Assembly: GCF_009914755.1 (NCBI RefSeq)
Contig: NC_060932.1
DNA length: 64,000 nt
Source: the human T2T-CHM13v2.0 reference genome, Homo sapiens
Strand: one strand, 5' to 3'
The notes under the pieces were generated by a model. That model searched no databases and was not told where the DNA came from. It saw only the letters and a list, made by a program, of their open reading frames with translations. The first letter of the stretch is position 1. Each line of letters begins with the position of its first letter. Shown piece by piece: positions 14,267 to 30,219 of the stretch. The translations under genes were made by a program, and so were the position numbers.

Positions 14267-14396
14267 ACACATGTACATATATACATCCACGTGTGTATGT
14301 ACACATGTACATATATACATCCACGTGTGTATGTACACATGTACATATATACATCCACGTGTGTATGTACACATGTACATGTGTACATCCACGTGT
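14267..14396. repeat. 34-bp tandem repeat (3 perfect + 1 variant copy)
   Basis: Unit acacatgtacatatatacatccacgtgtgtatgt starting at 14267, 14301, 14335, 14369. Confidence 0.95.
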
Positions 14397-15433
14397 ATAT
14401 ATATCTCTCTCACACATTTTCTTTATCCACTCAATTGATGGGCATGTGGGCTCGTTTCATATTTTTGAAATTATAAATTGTGCTTCTAGGAATAAGCATG
14501 TGCAAGTATCATTTTTGTATAATGACTTCTTTTCCTCTGGGTACTTAGTAGTGGGATTGCTGGATCAAATGGTAGATCTACTTTTAGTTTTTTAATGAAT
14601 TTTCACACTGTTTTCCATAGTGATTATACTAGTTTACATTCATATCAACAGTGTAAAAGTGTTCCCTTTTCATTACATCCATGCCAACATCGATTATTTT
14701 TTGATGTTTTGATTATGGGCATTCTTGCAGGAGTGAGGAGGTATGCATTGTGATTTTAATTTGCATTTCCCCAATAATTAGTGATGTTGAGCATTTTTCC
14801 ATATGTTTGTTCACCATTTTATATCTTCTTTTCAGAATTATCTATTCATATCCTTAGCCCACTTTTCAATGGGATTGTTTTTTGTTTTTTGTTTTTTTTT
14901 ATTGTTGTTGTTCTTGCTGATTTGCTTGGGTTCTTTGTGGATTCTGGATATTAGTCCCTTGTCAGATGTATATACTGTGAAGATTTTCTCCCACTCTGTG
15001 GGTTGTCTAGAATTTTTATGGTTTCAGGTCTTAGAATTAAGTCTTTGATCCATCTTGAGTCGATTTTTGTATAAGGATAGAGATGAGGCTACAGTTCCCT
15101 TCTTCTACATGTGGCTAGCCAATTATCCCAGCACCATTTGTTGAATAGGGTGGCCTTTCTCCACTTTATGTTTTTATTTGCTTTGTTGAAGATTAGCTGG
15201 CTGTTAAGTATTTGGGTTATTTCTGGGTTTTCTATTCTGTTCCACTGGTCTATGTGCCTATTTTATACCAGTACCATACTGTTTTGGTGACTATGGGCTT
15301 ATAGTATAGTTTGAAATCAGGTGATGTGATGCCTCCAGATTTGTTCTTTTTGTTTAGTCTTGCTTTGGCTAAGCAGGCTCTCTTTTTTTGGTTCCATGTG
15401 AATTTTAGGGTTGTTTTTTTTTCCCAGTTCTGT

Positions 15434-15534
15434 GATGCAAAAATCCTCAACAAAATACCAGTTAACCAAATCCAACAGCATATCCAAAAGATAATCCACC
15501 ATGATCAAGTTGGTTTTATACCAGGGATGAAACC
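15434..15534 (+). mobile_element. Inverted L1 ORF2 segment within the minus-strand L1PB
   Basis: + frame reads [32 protein letters not shown], an L1 RT N-terminal motif, while both flanks are minus-strand L1. Confidence 0.9.
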
Positions 15535-16252
15535 GTGTTCATCAGGGATATTGGTCTGTAGTTCTCTTTTTTTGTTATGTCCTTCCCTGGTTTTGGTATT
15601 GGGGTGATACTGGCTTCATAGAATTATTTAGGGAGGATTCCCTTTTTCTCTATCCTGTGGAATAGTGTCAATAAGATTGGTACCAATTCTTCTTTGAATG
15701 TCTGATATAATTCAGCTGTGAGTTGGTCTGGTCCTGTACTTTTTTTGTTGGCAATTTTTTTATTGCTATTTCAATCTCACTGCCTGTTATTGGTCTGTTC
15801 AGAGTTTCTGCATCTTCCTGGTTTAATCTAGGAGGATTGTATATTTCCAGAAATTTATCCAACTCCTCTAGTTTTTCTAGTTTGTGTCCATAAAGGTGTT
15901 CATAATAGCCTTGAATAATCTTTGGTATTTGTGTGGTATCAGTAGTAATATTTCCCGCTTTGTTTCTAATTGAGCTTATTTGGGTCTTCTCTCTTCTCTT
16001 CTTAGTTAATCTCACTAATGACCTATCAATTTCATTTATGTTTCAAAGCACAAGCTTTTTGTTTCATTTATCTTTTGTATTTTTGTGTATTTCTTTCAAT
16101 TTCATTTAGTTCTGCTCTGATCTTCAGTATTTCTTTTCTTCTGCGGAGTTTGGGCTTGGATTCTTCTTGTTTCTCCAGTTCTGTGAGGTGTGACCTTAGA
16201 TTGTCTGTCTGTGCCCTTTCAGACTTTTTGATGTAGGCATTTGAGGCTATGA

Positions 16253-16632
<380 letters not shown>

Positions 16633-17066
16633 GTATTTTTAAATTTCTATCTTGATTTCAGTGTTGACCCAGTGATCATTCAGGAGCAGGTTATTTAATT
16701 TCCATGTAATTTCATGGTTTTGAGGATTCCTTTTAGAGTTGATTTCCAATTTTATTCCACTATGATCTGAGAGAGTACTTGATAAAATCTCCATCTTCTT
16801 AAATGTGCTGAGGTTTTGTGGCCTATCATATAACCTGTCTTGGAGAATGCTCCATGTGCTGATGAATAGAATGTATATTCTGCAGTTGTTGGGTAGAATG
16901 TTCTCTAAATATCTGTTAAGTCCATTTGCTGTAGGGTATAGTTTAAGTCCATTGTTGTTTTGTTGACTTTCTGTCATGACGACCTGTCTAGTGCTGTCAG
17001 TAGAGTATTAAAATCCCCCACTATTACAGTGTTGCCATCTATCTCCTTTCTGAGGTCTAGTAGTAA

Positions 17067-17405
17067 TTATTTTATAAATTTGGGAGCTCCAGTGTTAGGT
17101 GCATATATATTTAGGATTGTGATATTTTCCTGCTGGACTAATCCTTTTATCATTATAAAATATCCTGCTTTGTCTTTTTTAACTGCTTTTGCTTTAAAGT
17201 CTGTTTTGTCTGATACAAGAATAGCTATTCCTGCTCGCTTTTGGTATCCATTTACATGGAATATCTTTTTCCAACCCTTTACCTTAAGTTTATGTGAGTC
17301 TTCATGTATTAGATGAGTCTCCTGAAGACAGCAGAAACTTGGTTGGTGAATTCTTATCCATTCTGCCATTCTGTATCTTTTAAGTGGAGCATTTAGGCCA
17401 TTCAT
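17067..17405 (-). pseudogene. L1 ORF2 endonuclease N-terminal remnant
   Basis: NGLNAPLKR...CCLQETH...GWKKIFH...ITILNIYAPNTGAP; stop shortly after. Confidence 0.9.
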
Positions 17406-18021
17406 CGTGCTATTTGTTGGCTGAATACCTTCTTTTTTTCATTGTGTTATTATTATATAGGTGCTGTGGGACTGACACTTTAAGGAGGTTCTGTTTTGGT
17501 GTATTTCAAGGATTTGTTTCAAGATTTAGAGCTCCTTTAGCAGTTCTTGTAGTGCTGGCTTGGTAGTGGTGAATTCTCTCAGCATTTGTTTGTCTGGAAA
17601 AGACTGTACCTTTGCTTCATTTATGAAGTTTAGTTTCACCAGATACAAAATTCTCTGCTGATAATTGTTTTGTTTAAGGAGGCTAAAAAAAAAAAAAAAA
17701 AAAAAAAACTCAATCCCTTCTAGCTTGTAGGGTTTCTGCTGAGAAATCTGCTGTGAAACTGATAGGTTTTCCTTTATAGGTTACCTGGTGCTTTTGCCTC
17801 ACAGCTCTTAAGATTCTTTCCTTTGTCTTGACTTTAGATAGTCTGATGACTATGTGCCTAGGTGATGATCTTTCTGTGATGAGTTTCCCAGGTGTTCTTT
17901 GAGCTTCTTATATTTGGATGTCTAGATCTCTAGCAAGGCTGGGGAAGTTTTCCTCAATTATTCCCTCAAATATGTTTTCCAAATTTTTAAATTTCTCTTC
18001 TTCCTCAGGAACACAGATTAT

Positions 18022-18408
18022 TCATAGGTTTGGACATTCAGCATAGCCCCAAACTTCTTGGAGGTTTTGTTCATTTTTTAAAATTCTTTTGTCTTTGGTG
18101 GATTGGGTTAAATCGAAAGCCTTGTCTTTGAGCTCTAATGTTCTTTCTTCTGCTTGTTTAATTCTATTGCTGAGACTTTCCAGTGCATTTTGTGTTTCTC
18201 TAAGTGTGTCCTTGATTTCCAGAAGTTGTGATTGTTTTTTATGTATGCTACCTATTTCACTGAAGAATTTTCTTTTCATATCCTGTATCACGTTTTTGAT
18301 TTCTTTAAGTTGAACATTACTTTTCTCTGGTTCCTTCTTGATTAGCTTAACAATCGACTGAAATTCTTTTTCTGGCAATTCAGAGATTTCGTCTTGGTTT
18401 GAATCCAT
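18022..18408 (-). pseudogene. L1 ORF1 coiled-coil remnant
   Basis: MDSNQDEISELPEKEF...LESLSNRIKQAEER...NEQNLQEVW. Confidence 0.85.
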
Positions 18409-18461
18409 TGCTGGTGAGCTAGTGTGATCTTTTGGGGTGTTAAAAGACCTTGTTTTGTCAT

Positions 18462-19161
<700 letters not shown>

Positions 19162-20404
19162 ATTGTATTACCAGGATTGTTTTTCTGGTTCCTTCTCATT
19201 TGGGTAGACTATGTCAGATGGAAGATTCAGGACTCAAGGGCTGCTGTTCAGATTCTTTTGTCCCATGGGATGCTCCCTTGATATGGTGTTCTCCCCTTTC
19301 CCCTAGGGATGGTTGTATTTTTGTTTAGCATGCTGGTTTTGTGTTGATTGGCCTCCAGCCAGAGGTGGTGCTTTCAAGAGCACATCAGCTGTGGTTGCAT
19401 AGGGAGGATCATGCAGGGGGTGGGGCTATAGAGCTTCCAAGAGATTACGTCCTGTGTCTTTAGCTACCAGGATGAGTCGAGAAAGACTACCAGCTGGGGG
19501 CATGGCTGAGCTCAGCCTCTCCTTGGGCGGGGCTTGCTGTGGCTGCTGTGGGGATGAGGGTGTTGTTCTTAGGTCAATGGAGTTATGTTCTCAGGGGGAT
19601 TATGGCTACCTCTGCTGAGTCACACAGCATGCCAGGGAAGTGGGGGGAAAGCCAGCAGTCACAGGCCTCACCCAGCTTCCATGTAGCTCACAGTCCTAAA
19701 AACTGGTCTCACTCCCACCATGCCCTCCCAGCAGCACCAAGCCTATTTCCAGGCAGGTGGTGACCAGGGCTGAGAACTTGCTCCAGACCACCAGGCTCCC
19801 CACTGAGAAAGCAAGTGGACTCAAAGGTTTTGGCATCTCATGGACCCTACAGCAGTGATTCAGTTCCTTCAAAGGGTCTGTGGATTCTCTCAGCTTTCCT
19901 GGTATGTTGCTGTGGTAGTTCTTAGAGCAAAAGTTTATAATGTAAGTCTCCACATGCTGGTTGTCTGTCCATGCGGGAGCTGGGAGCTAGTCCTGCCTCC
20001 TATCCACCATCTTCATATAAAGGGACTTTTTATCCCACACCAACTCCTCAGCCACAGCCCAGGGTCTGAGTGTCTTTGGTTGAGATTTTGGAATTGAAGA
20101 AGAAACAGGAGAGAATCACTGCAGGGAGGAACCACTTCCTAGGAACTGCTACCAGACTGGGACCTAAGGAGAACGAGGCTGTAAAACAGCTCATCCTTGG
20201 GAATGGCCAAGGAAATTTATGAAGAATGGTATCTGATACAAACTTTAATGGATATGTCTTTTTTGTTGTAATTGCCGGATCTTATTTTTTTTAAAAAAAT
20301 AAGTCAATTAAAGACAAGAACAGCCTTATGGTGGGGGTATTTGAAGAATGGAAAAGGCAAAAATTAAAAGATGATGGAAAGCTAGGATTTAAAGTCAGAA
20401 TGTC

Positions 20405-20856
<452 letters not shown>

Positions 20857-21769
20857 TTAGATATTAAAGCACAGGGTGATATGACAGAACTCAGGAACAT
20901 TAAAAGCACTGTCTGTTTAATCATTAGGAAAATAAGAGGTGATGATTATCTTTTTTAACTGGAGTGTCTCTCTTTGCTGTTTGAACTATAAATAACATCC
21001 CCAAGTCTCTTCTGAGTCTGCAGTGGAATAGGAGGAATATCTGGTCTATTCCTTCCAAGGCACTAACTCTTCCCCTTTTCATGCTTGCAGGAGTCCCAGG
21101 TACTTAACATTGAGGGGAAGCGTGACTCAAAAGGGCCTATTTTATTGCAATTAGGAAGCTTTCAAGCTTAGATAACAGAAAAACTAAGTTTTTAGTGAGT
21201 TCCAGAAAAAGTCTGCGAGAAATACACAAAACAGGGAGAAGAAAACTACAGAACATAAGAAAACATTCCACTCATGCAATCACAAGAAGGGTGCAAGGCA
21301 AGAACACAGAATCTAATTCATTGGAGAAGCAGTCTCCGTGAAGACTGAGTATGCACCAGTTCTGGTTACCTTGATCACCCCTTCCTCAGAATCATGATGT
21401 TATAACCAGAAAAATCCCATGAGCGTGTGACCTAGTAAGATCCCACTGGGAGAAGGTCTGGGAGAATTTCAGGTGGAGAAGGATCGGGTTAGGTACAGAG
21501 GTCCCTGAAAGAGGAGGATCATCGGTGTTGCAGATGACTATATCCTTTGCTGACTTGGATACAGTCAGAGTACATAATAATCTAAATGTTTATGTCTCCA
21601 CAGTGCTTCTCCTGCCACACCACAGGCCGCCCTGCCTGGAGGGGATTTTGCACTGAAGAGCAGCAGCCCCTGGCAGGGAATGGTGGGGACTGAAGCTTAG
21701 TTGTTTGCATTGCCTTCCCTATCTGTGCTCCACAGAGCCCAGCTCCACACCCTTTAATCACAGTTCTTT

Positions 21770-21900
21770 TAACTGAAAAGTGAGGATTTCAATAGCACCT
21801 ATCTCAAAGTGGCTGTAGGAGAATTAAATGAGTTAGTACACATAAACACTCTGAACAATATTTGGCCCACAGTAAGGTTTGCTAATGTGTTTGCTATTGA
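21770..21900. mobile_element. MIR fragment
   Basis: aatagcacctatctcaaagtggctgtaggagaattaaatgag MIR core. Confidence 0.7.
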
Positions 21901-21911
21901 TATCGTAGCTG

Positions 21912-22230
<319 letters not shown>

Positions 22231-22609
22231 CTATTGTTTTTTATATTATCTAGCAGAGAAAGTTGGAGTAGGACCTACAGTCACTATTTCCATGTCTATC
22301 TGGGCACAATATCTGTGATGGGAAATAGGGGGCAAAGGAGGAAAGAGTGTTGGTAGCTAAATAGAAGGTTTGGAATGGGTCAAATTCAAAATGCAGTGTT
22401 GGGTTGGAGCTCTTGGCTTCCAGAGCATCCACAGTTCTTGCCCCAAGGACAATGGGCCACTTCCCAGGATTACATGAGAAACCCATATCCAACAGGCCCA
22501 AACCTCGGGCATTATTGCTTGGTTACCAGTGCTTTCAGCAACCAAACAGAAGACATTCCCAGATACAAGGCAGATCCAGGAGGGCTCTGAGTCTGTGGGG
22601 TGTGATTCC

Positions 22610-22822
22610 AGCATCCAAGTAATGCCAAAGCCTGCCAGCATGCACCAAAAGCTAGGAAGAGGCAGGGAGGGATGCTCTCCTAGATCCTTGAGAGAAAGTG
22701 TGGCCCTGTTAACACCTTGACTTCATGCTCCTAGCCTCTAGAACTATGAGAAATAAATGTCTGCTGTTTTAAGCCACCAAGTTTGTGGTCATTTGTTACA
22801 ACAGCCCTAGAAAACCAATAGC
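22610..22822 (+). mobile_element. MLT1 LTR 3' part
   Basis: gcctctagaactatgagaaataaatgtctgctgttttaagccaccaagtttgtggtcatttgttacaacagccctag. Confidence 0.8.
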
Positions 22823-24622
22823 AAAACTTACTGTTAGTTGCCCCATTGCCTTCACCTACCTCACAGAAGGCTGTGGCCTCTTTGCTCACCAACAAACTCT
22901 TTCTAACTTGGAATTTTTGTAGAAGGGATTGGGGAAGGCATTAGTCCTTCTTCCTCAGCATACCACCTGGGCCCCTTGAACAAATTGGTCTACCTCTTCC
23001 CCAGAACTCTGCCTGTCCCAAGGAGCAGTTGGCCACAGTCCATGTGGAGTGATTTAAATGAAAATATAATTTCATTTTCACCTTTTCCTTTGGGTATAGC
23101 CATCTGACATACATCTGCATGCCTACCAAAGACCCTGCAGATCAGCCAAAGGGTGACCTTTCACCTCCACCTTTTCTGAAAGTACTAGATAACTTCTTCC
23201 GATGGCTTCATTTGTCCTTTTCACTTGGAAGAGGAAAAATAAATCAATCCCCAGTGAGTCTTTCCAATTTATTTCCATTTACTGATTAAAGAACTGAGGC
23301 TCAAAAGGTAAATCAATGTATAATGGTAGAAAATACATCCCAATGCATGTGTATTCAATTCCCAGCTTGTCTCCTTTCTATTATAATTACAACAAACTCC
23401 CTCTGTAAAATGGAAAAAGGCATGGGCTGGATTCAAGAGACCAGATTTATAAAAATGCCTTTCTTTGCATTCACTTTTTGTTGTTTCTATATGTTTATTA
23501 CAGGGTATACTATAATCTTCCTGGAATAAGAATATGGATTACACAAAGTTTATACTCAATAAATACTTGAGAAGGGAAGAAAGGGACTAAGGGAGGAGAG
23601 AAGAGAAAGAGGAGGAAAAAGAAGAAAATAGGTTTAAAGGAAAGAAAGGAAGAGATGGAAAAAAAGTTTCTCACAAACACAGAGGCTCCAGCTCTGAGTT
23701 GAGGCACCAGTTGAGAACAATAGGAAAAAGCAAGTCCAAACTGGAAAAACCCACAGCAATATGTGGAACTAAACAAAGCCCAAATACCATGTCTTACATG
23801 TCTGACTGCAAGACATCACCACTGTTAAGACACACATTGCTTTAATAAAAGACTTCCAGAAAGAGATGGGAGAGTGGGGAACTAACCCTTCATTAAGTGT
23901 GCACACAGATGTTGTAGTTTCTCAGAGGTTATAATTACAGCCTTCCTGCTTTCTTCTTCTTAGTTAGTAAGCCCATTGAGAAAAATTACTAGTGTCAGCT
24001 AGGAAATAAAAAATCAACCTCATGGATGAGGTTGGGCTATAGAGCTACGGCTGGGATCTGCTGCCAAAAAGAAAGCTTTACACACTTCCTCCAGATCTAG
24101 ATCTCCCTACTACCTTAAGTGGAATCCGCAGAGCAACAGGCTTACGACCAACCTATCTGGAACCTTTGGATGCAGTAGACAAGATGTCATTTCTGGGTGA
24201 AGGCAGCCACATAGGCTCATGGCTTGGCACACCAAGTAAGGGCTGCTTTTCACCCCCTGCTCGTCCTTATGAGTGACTGGGTGCTTTTGTCAGCACACAA
24301 ACTGCTCAATTCTTTGCAGCTGTCCTGCCAGGAACTCACTCCTCAGTCTGCAGCATAGAGAACTTCAGTGTGGTCCAACCCTAACAGAGGAGCTGAGAAA
24401 CCATAGGCCTCTGGATCTTCCCCTAGAAGAGGTCCTGGATCCAGGTGTGCCTACTTTGTTTAAGATGAAGCAAATGGAAGAAACATCACACTAACTAAGC
24501 AGCCAAGTGGCCTGAAGAAATGAAGACAGGCAGACAGTGCAGGAGCAGTGGCCAGTGAAGGTCCAACCCAGTTAATATACACCAACTAGTGCAGAAGTTC
24601 TTAATGTTTTGACCAAGACCCC

Positions 24623-25304
24623 TGTATTAGTCTATTTTCACACTGCTATAAAGATACTACCCGAGATTGGGTAATTTATAAAGGGAAGAGGTTTAATTGA
24701 CTCACAGTTCTGCATGGCTGGGGAGGCCTCTGGAAACTTACAAACATGGCAGAAGGGGAAGCAGGCACATTTTACATGGTGGCAGGAGAGAGTGAGTGTG
24801 TGTTGGGGGAAATTTCAAACACTTATAAAACCATCAAATCTCGTGAGAACTAACTCACTATCATGAGAACAGCACAGGGGAAACCACTGTCATGATCTAA
24901 TCACCTCCCACCAGGCAGGTCCTCAACACGTGGGGATTATGGAGATTACAATTTTTTTTTTTTTTTTTGAGATGGCATCTCGGTCTGTCACCCAGGCTGG
25001 AGTACAGTGCCATGATCTTGGCTCACTGCAACCTTCATCTCCCGGGTTCAAGTGATTCTTGTGCCTCAGCCTTCCGAGTAGCTGGGATTACAGGCATATG
25101 CCACTATGCACAGCTAATTTTTGTATTTTTAGTAGAGATGGGGTTTCGCCATGTTGCCCAGGCTGGTCTCAAACTCCTGACCTCAGGTGCTCCACCTGCC
25201 TCAGCCTCCCAAAGTGCCGAGATTACAGGCATGAGCCACTGTGCCTGGCCAGTATTACAATCTGAGATGAGATTTGGGTGGGGACACAGAGCCAAACAAT
25301 ATCA
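24623..25304 (-). mobile_element. MSTA/THE1D-like MaLR LTR containing an Alu
   Basis: tgtattagtc...gccaaacaatatca termini; TSD acccc/accca. Confidence 0.88.
24952..25250 (-). mobile_element. AluS
   Basis: Alu consensus; attacaat on both flanks. Confidence 0.93.
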
Positions 25305-26467
25305 ACCCACAAGAAGAGATATGTTTTTTGGTTGGTCATTTTATTCTCTAGAGCAGCCAGAAAGGCAGGAGACGTGTTTTATATCCATGGCCCAATGCAC
25401 AGACACACAAACACAAAGACACATACACACACGTATACACACATGATCAAATTAAAATTGTTTTAGCAACAATAGTTACAATAGTGTCTGTATTTTATTT
25501 TATGTAGATCTCAACCTTTATTGATTTCATGACCCCTGGTCAAAGTTTTCAATTGGTCAAGATTTGAAAAAAAACCCTGAACTCATAAAGGTTCCTTAAG
25601 AAGCAGTGAGAGGGAGAAAAATTAGACATCACCTTCCTAATACTTCCAAGGGGGAAGAGATTCACATTCGAGGGGTCCCAGAAATATGTGAAGAAAAAGA
25701 TAGTGTGACCCTGCCCCTGAGACACAGATAAAATAGTTTTAATGATGGATGACAATTTCAGAAATACCAAAATGGTTTTAAATGCTTTTTTGAATTAAGG
25801 AACCAAAGTCTTTTTCCTGAACTGTGACTTGAATCAAAAGTATTTTGTTTTCATTTTTGTTTTTCTTTTTTTCAAATATGCCATACTGGATGGCTTCAAA
25901 GTGTGACCAAATCAATGCATTATCTAAAGTGATTCAACTGGAACAAACCAAAACAACAAAACACTCTCAGAGCTGAACCAATATTTTGTTTCCTTCAAGC
26001 CTCAATGGAGCCTGAGACTAAAGGCTTCTGAAATGCTGATCCTAGAAGCTGAAGGGCCGTCTGCTCAAGCTGCTCTGCTTCCCTGACTTGCACCCTGTGT
26101 CTTAGCCATTGCCAGAGGCTCTCAGCTCCCCCAACAATCCCTGAATGCTCCAGGTTGCAAATCTTCGCTCGTGTAGCCCCTTCTATTTGGATGGCTGTCC
26201 TTCCACCCCTTGGTCTTCTATCTGCTTGATGAGCACCTACTCATTTTTTAAAACTCAGCTCAAGGATCACTTCATTTATTCATTCAATTTCCAACAAGTT
26301 TTAATTGAAGGGTCACCATATGCCAAGACCCATGTTGGTTATTGGGGAAACCAAAGGTCAACCATACATAGTCTCTGTTTTAAAAGCTTACAGTCTAGTC
26401 AAGTGCAATAGGTTCTTATATCATAATGTGGTGAGTACAATTCAAGAGGTCAGTAATTAATTCAAGA

Positions 26468-26610
26468 GGCCAGTGGTTGACTCCAGTAATCCCAGCATTC
26501 TGGGAGGCTGAGGTGGGAGGATCACTAAGGCCCAGGAATTTGAGACCAGCCTGGACAACATAGCGAGTACTGAGACCTCATCTTTATTAAAATAATAATA
26601 ATAATAAATA
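26468..26610 (+). mobile_element. FLAM / Alu left monomer
   Basis: Single monomer followed by (TAA)n tail, set among L2/MIR relics. Confidence 0.8.
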
Positions 26611-27150
26611 CATAGGGCATTATCAGAGCACAGAGGGAGAGCCCCTGACTTAATGCAATAAGTCATGTAAGGCTCCTTGAAGGAGCTGATGCCTGCCGTG
26701 GCTGGAGAGGTGAGTAAAGAGGAAAGGTTCTAGGGAACAGCAACCATGTGAGTTAAATATCATTATTTCCAATTTAGAGATAAAGAAACAGAGGCACAGA
26801 ATTGCTAAATATATTTCCCAATGCACAAAGTTATCAAATGACAGAGTGGTATTTGATCCCAACACGTGCTAACTCTAATCATTAACTCAAATGGTCTTTC
26901 ATTTGCTGTAGAAATCCAAATGAGGAGGAGATCCCAGTGGAGATTGGACAAAAAAGAGGAAGAAACTGAATGAGTTTGGCATGGGCTGTCAGATCCATGA
27001 TGGGGCCAAGTACTAAGCCCAGAGAAGACTTACGGAGGGAACAGAGTTTGGGGTAGGGATAGGGACAAACCCTATTGTGATTTGGGACCTGTGGTAAAGC
27101 AGGTCTGTGCCATCAAGTCCATGCAGAGTATGCATATCAGTGCTACATGA

Positions 27151-27550
<400 letters not shown>

Positions 27551-27615
27551 TAGGGAATGAAGCAGTAATGATTTCAAAGTCAAACTAAGCTAGGTATAAA
27601 TCTTGTCTCTGGTAG

Positions 27616-27960
<345 letters not shown>

Positions 27961-29328
27961 TCATTTCTTTATCTGTATACTAGGGAAGGCAATATCTACC
28001 TTATGGGGCTATGATGAGGATTAAATTAAGTGAGATTACGTGTAAAAGTGCCAAGCATATTTCCTGGAACACAACTTGCTTAATTCCCATTACTTTTACT
28101 TCCATATTGCATCCTTTAGGTGCTCTCTCTCACATTAAGGAGACATGCCTAAGTCCTTCGACTTCATCTGCCACAGACTGGGCAGGAGCCTGGAACCCAA
28201 CCCCATTATGATACAATTGAGTTCCTGGCAACAACCCTGACTGGAAGTGGCTGGGGACAGAGTGTCCCACGGCCTGGAGCAGAGCTTGTTAGATTAAAGA
28301 TGGAAAAAACTGGGTCCATCTTTAAGAGCTGCCAAGTGAACCAGGAACCACCCATCCCCTGCAGGAAGGAACTGTTGTGTCATTAATAATACTTAGCATT
28401 GTCCTAGTGTTTTTCCAAGCTAATTAATTCTGCTCCAAATCCCAGAAAACAAACGACTGAGTGAGTTGGAGACAGATCTCGTTTCTGAGACAGAAGGGTA
28501 GAGAAGCGTGTCCTCTGCAGTGACTGGGGGAAGAGAAAAGCCTCATCACCACTTCTTAGAGCCAAGTTACCCAGGGCAAGGAAAGGGCATTGAGTCCTGG
28601 GGATGGTGGGTACTTACCTCCCTATCTGCAAGATCTTTAAACAGGAACAGTCACCCAAAGTTGCAGATACAAGAAGGCTCACCCATCCCTAGGACACATT
28701 GCCCAGAAGTGGCAGGTGTTGGTAAGCTGGCTTCATGGTCCAGATGGAAAAGTTTATCCTTCTCTCTCTCCCTAGAGCACGGGACAAAGCTCATGTGCCA
28801 GGACATGACATGTAGCTGACTGGTCAACTCTGTGCCATTTAACTCCATGGATACTTACTTTACAGACCAGAATCTGGGAACACCAAGAATCCAACTCCAA
28901 CTCCTCCCTTCATGGGAGTGCAGAGTCAAGTGTGAGAGACCAAAAAGGCAGAAAGTTTCATTGTAAAGAGAAATACTCAGATGAGGGAGTACAAAGGATG
29001 TGAGGCAGTATGGAAAGGATTCCTGGAAAAGAATATTTTGAGCTGTTTGGAAAGATGATTAAAAACAACAAAACAAAGAAATGGACAGAGGACTTAAAGT
29101 CAAGAGGCTTAAAGTCAAGAAAGGGCAAAGCACATTCAGGAACTTGAACATAGTTCCTTGGAGAGTTGGGGAATTTCAGTTTGACAATGACTCCTGTCAT
29201 CACAAAGGAAAGAAAGGCTCGTGACAAGACAAACAAGTGTACAAATATGTACAGCACGCAATGAGGGCCCAGAGGAAGAAAGAAAGATTAAAGGATAGGA
29301 GAGACTACTTTTGCCTTGAGGGGAAGAA

Positions 29329-29568
29329 AGAAGTCAGGGGCTGGCTAACAGGTAAGGGTACTGGCTTGATGAGGCCAGATTAGGCATTTCTCAGGCAGAA
29401 GGCTGAGAAATTATTGCTACTGTTCTTGTTTCCTTTGTGGGGTCTGTGTGGTCACTGCAGAGTGCAATAGATATAAGAAATCTCAGGTGTGTAACTTTGC
29501 TTCTAATTAGGCAGAAGGCTGAGAAATACTTAATCTGGCTTCATCCTGTTAGCCAATCACTGACATCC
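29329..29568. repeat. Imperfect inverted repeat (~50-bp arms) with internal direct repeat
   Basis: tggctaacagg[16 nt]atgaggccagattaggcatttctcag versus revcomp of ctgagaaatacttaatctggcttcatcctgttagcca. Confidence 0.85.
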
Positions 29569-29763
29569 TCCTTGCCAAAGGCTCCTATCCCATGGATTGT
29601 ATTTCAGTAGGTCTGGTTGGGGGCCCAAGAATCAACACCCTAGCAGCCATCCCAGATGACAGAGATGCAGGACACCCACACACCTTTTTGTGAAGAGTGG
29701 TGGAAAGGTCCTGGTGCCCCGGCTGGACTCAAATGCACCCTGACTTTCATCTGTTCTATTTGC

Positions 29764-29797
<34 letters not shown>

Positions 29798-30219
29798 AGC
29801 TACAGCATCCACTGTGAGAGGGGCATAGCACTTCAAGGGAGATTTTTTTTGTCTTCTTCTAAAGTTCTACCTTTTCAAATCCAGAAGAGCTCCTGAAACA
29901 TATTTTCAAAGATTGTGTTCCTTATAGGAAGTCCTTCAAGGGAAGGGACACATCTTACTTGAAGGCACATCCTATCTCCTAGCATAGACTGGCCAGGTAG
30001 ATTGCAAATGCTTGTTCAATTAATGAAGCTGACTTCCTTTTATTTTCTGAAAAGTATCCCGTGCAAATATTCGCAAGCATTATGTTAATTTGTATGGCTA
30101 CTCTCCGCCTAGGAGACTCCCTGCCCTAATTCTCTCTTCAAAAATGGGAATCCAGTCTCTAGCTGTTCCTGGATTACAATTAGCATAGGGACTAATGATT
30201 TTGTGTGTTGGTGGAATTA

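Noticed and set aside
14267-14396. CRISPR-like periodicity (34-bp unit)
   Set aside because: Units are contiguous with no unique spacers, there are no cas genes, and the context is primate
14162-14595. Five overlapping ORFs rich in Y/I/H/V/C/M/T
   Set aside because: Stop-free frames produced by the 34-bp tandem repeat
29764-29790. Orphan A27 tract as a retro-insertion
   Set aside because: No TSD or attached element is visible; treated as a mononucleotide microsatellite
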